Source: the human T2T-CHM13v2.0 reference genome, Homo sapiens
DNA length: 64,000 bases
Reading direction: 5' to 3' (one strand)
Assembly: GCF_009914755.1 (NCBI RefSeq)
Contig: NC_060938.1
Positions 60,960-64,000 of this stretch are shown in pieces. The notes under the pieces were generated by a model that did no database searches, was not told the origin of the DNA, and worked only from the letters and a program-made list of their open reading frames with translations. The number at the start of each line of letters is the position of its first letter. Position 1 is the stretch's first letter. The translations under genes were made by a program, and so were the position numbers.

Positions 60960-61601
60960 GGTTTGTTTTGTTCTGTTTTTTTAGAAAGACAGGGTCTCAC
61001 TATGTTGCTCAGGCTGAAGTACTGAGGCTATTCCCAGGTGTGATAATAGCATACTAACACCTTGAACTCCTGGGCCCAAGTGATCCTCCTGCCTTAGCCT
61101 CCTGAGTAGCTGGAACTACAGGCAGAGTTGTTTTTTTTTTTGGTTGTTGTTGTTTTTTTTACATATCTACTACATTTAACATGGTCCCTCACTTTCTCCT
61201 TGAAACTCTAAATACCCTCGATAGTCATAGCTTCATACTCTCCTGGTTCACCTTTCACCATTTATTTTTTGCTGCATTTCCCACACAAGAGCGTATCTTC
61301 CTCTTTTTGTTCTTTAAACATTAGTATACAGAAGGATTCTGTCCTTAGTAGTTACTGACAGTCTTACCTTTTCCTTTTTTTTGAGACAGGGTCTTACTCT
61401 GTCACCAAGGCTGATGTGCGGCAGCATAATCATGGCTCACTGCAGTCTCAACCTCCCAGGCTCAAGCAATCCTCCTGCCTCAGCCTCCCGAGCAGCTAGG
61501 ACTACAGATGGGTATCTCAAACTCCTGAGTTCAAGCGATCCACACACCTTGGCCTCGCAAAGTGCTAAGATTACAGGTGCAGTGAGCCAATGCACCTGGC
61601 C
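60960..61601 (-). mobile_element. Alu monomer (60960-61125) and deleted AluJ (61370-61601)
   Basis: Alu motifs. Confidence 0.8.
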
Positions 61602-62137
61602 CCCTTTCTTATTTTTTTAACTACTTCTAGACTAGGCATGCTGAAGACCTACCCATTTCCCCGGGTTTAAGAACCATATATCCAACTCTGCACATATTTC
61701 CACCTTGAGGTCCCTATGGCAGTAAACCCACTATACCTCAAACCAAACTCATCATCATATCACCCACACTTGTTCCTCCTCTGATATTCCCTATTTCATT
61801 TGGAAACACCAAAAACCAAGTAATCCAAATGAGAAACATGAATTATCCTTAATTCTTTCCTTAGCCGTTGTATTCAACAAATAATCAAGTTTTACTAATT
61901 TTATATTCTAAATATTCCTTGGGAGAATAATTATATTCTTTTCTGGGAGTATAAGTTCCTATTCTTGCTGGAGGAGGCATTAAACAGTAAACACAAAAGC
62001 ATGCAAATGATATGATATGTAAATATGTATAAGTTATATAAAATATATAAATCATATAATAAAACCTGATAGGTAACATGGAGAAAATAAAAAGAGAACA
62101 TGTGTTGAAGAAATAGTAATGCTCATTAATATTCCTT

Positions 62138-62772
<635 letters not shown>

Positions 62773-62789
62773 ACAGATATAAAAATAGG

Positions 62790-63245
62790 GTCATGAGTTT
62801 CAGAGTGTAAATGGGGCAGGTTACAGTATTAAATAGAAGATAGTGTAGGCTTTATTGAGAAGTTGAGATTTGAGGCAAGACGGAATGGAGGTGAGGTGAG
62901 TATACTTGCCAAGCAGATTATCTGTGGGAATAGCATATACTAGGCAGGCGAATCAGTGAGCAAAGTTTCTGATCACCAAGTATGACTGGCAAGGAGGCTA
63001 GCTGTGGCCATAGCAGAGAGAGCAAGTAGAAGAGGTTAGGGAGGTAATGGGGGGCCAGATCAAGTAGAGCCTGGGAGGCCACCATAAGAAAACTGGCTTC
63101 TATTGTGAATCAAATGGGGAGCCACTGCAGGGTTTTGAGTAAAGCTGCTATGTAGAGATTAAATTTTAAGAGAGTAAGGCAAAAACAGGAAGACCAGTTA
63201 GAAGGCTGTTGGTATAATCTAGGTAAGAGATAACAGTGGTGTCTG
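62790..63245 (-). mobile_element. L2 fragment
   Basis: ggccagatcaagtagagcc...atggggagccactgcagggttttgag...aggaagaccagttagaaggctgtt. Confidence 0.65.
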
Positions 63246-63826
63246 TCTCTACAGCAGGGACTTGACCTTTAAAGTCTTTAAAAACCTTTAAAGTCTAATT
63301 TTTAAAAAGCTGTTGACAGCAAAAAAAAAAAAAAAAGAACCAAAAGAAGTAAAAAAAAAAAAAAAGTCAACTTTAAAAAAATCTTTCTGCACTTCCTTCT
63401 CTAACTTGGACCCTATAAGGAAGTAGAAATGTACAAAATTACTGATAAGAGTTCTTTATACACAACAAACTGAAGAAAAAATCACCTATAGAGTCTCAGA
63501 AGCTAGAGGTGAAGGTAGGACGGGGAAGGGTAGAGATTTTAAATAGGAGCAATGAAACCAAGTATGACTTAACCCACATTTATTCAATTTTACGATGTCC
63601 AAGGTGTTTAAAAAGGAGAGATGGAATGTTATCAAGCCAGATGCAGAGGCTAAAGAAGCTATGAGGCTTTCCTTTTCTCTGCTCCATGGCACCTTCAGAT
63701 TTCACTGGGATGAGGTGACTAAAGAAAACAAAATAAGTCATTTTTATTGACCGACTTTTTTTGGTCATTACTCTCCACCTTTATGATATGTTCTCTAGAT
63801 TTTTTTATGGAAAAAAAATATTTTGG

Positions 63827-64000
63827 GGCCAAGCATGGTGGCTCATGCCTGTAATCCCAGCAGCACTTTGGAAGGTCGAGGCAGGCTGATCACTTGAGAT
63901 CATGAGTTTGAGACCAGCCTGGCCAACAGGATGAAACCTTGTCTCTACTAAAAATACAAAAATTAGCCAGGTGTAGTGGCACGCACCTGTAGTCCAAGCT
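63827..64000 (+). mobile_element. Alu (runs off the window)
   Basis: ggccaagcatggtggctcatgcctgtaatccc. Confidence 0.9.

Overview
Human (primate) genomic DNA, very Alu-rich. I recognise it as the WDR89-SGPP1 interval on chr14q23. The only supportable protein-coding sequence is the 3' part of SGPP1 (sphingosine-1-phosphate phosphatase 1) on the minus strand: a 90-nt exon at 59971-60060, the terminal coding exon at 47505-48056, and a ~1.9-kb 3'UTR ending near an AATAAA at 45635-45640. A CpG-island promoter at ~2980-3900 fits the 5' end of WDR89 (minus strand); that gene assignment rests on remembered synteny, because no WDR89 coding sequence is in the window. The rest is roughly 60 Alus, nested LTRs (MER4-group, LTR8A, LTR47 with MER52 inside, LTR16, MST, THE1, MLT1/2), L1/L2/DNA-transposon fragments and five small-RNA retrocopies (full-length U3, truncated U3, U2, Y3, tRNA-Ile 5' half). 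Almost all ORFs in the supplied track are Alu or LTR artefacts. I did not find a convincing new multi-gene biological system. The most unusual structures are templated inverted-duplication scars (42291-43220 and 10952-11020), collapsed inverted-Alu junctions, possible 3' transductions, and a candidate poison exon in SGPP1 intron 1. Repeat family names come from memory of consensus sequences, and repeat boundaries are approximate.
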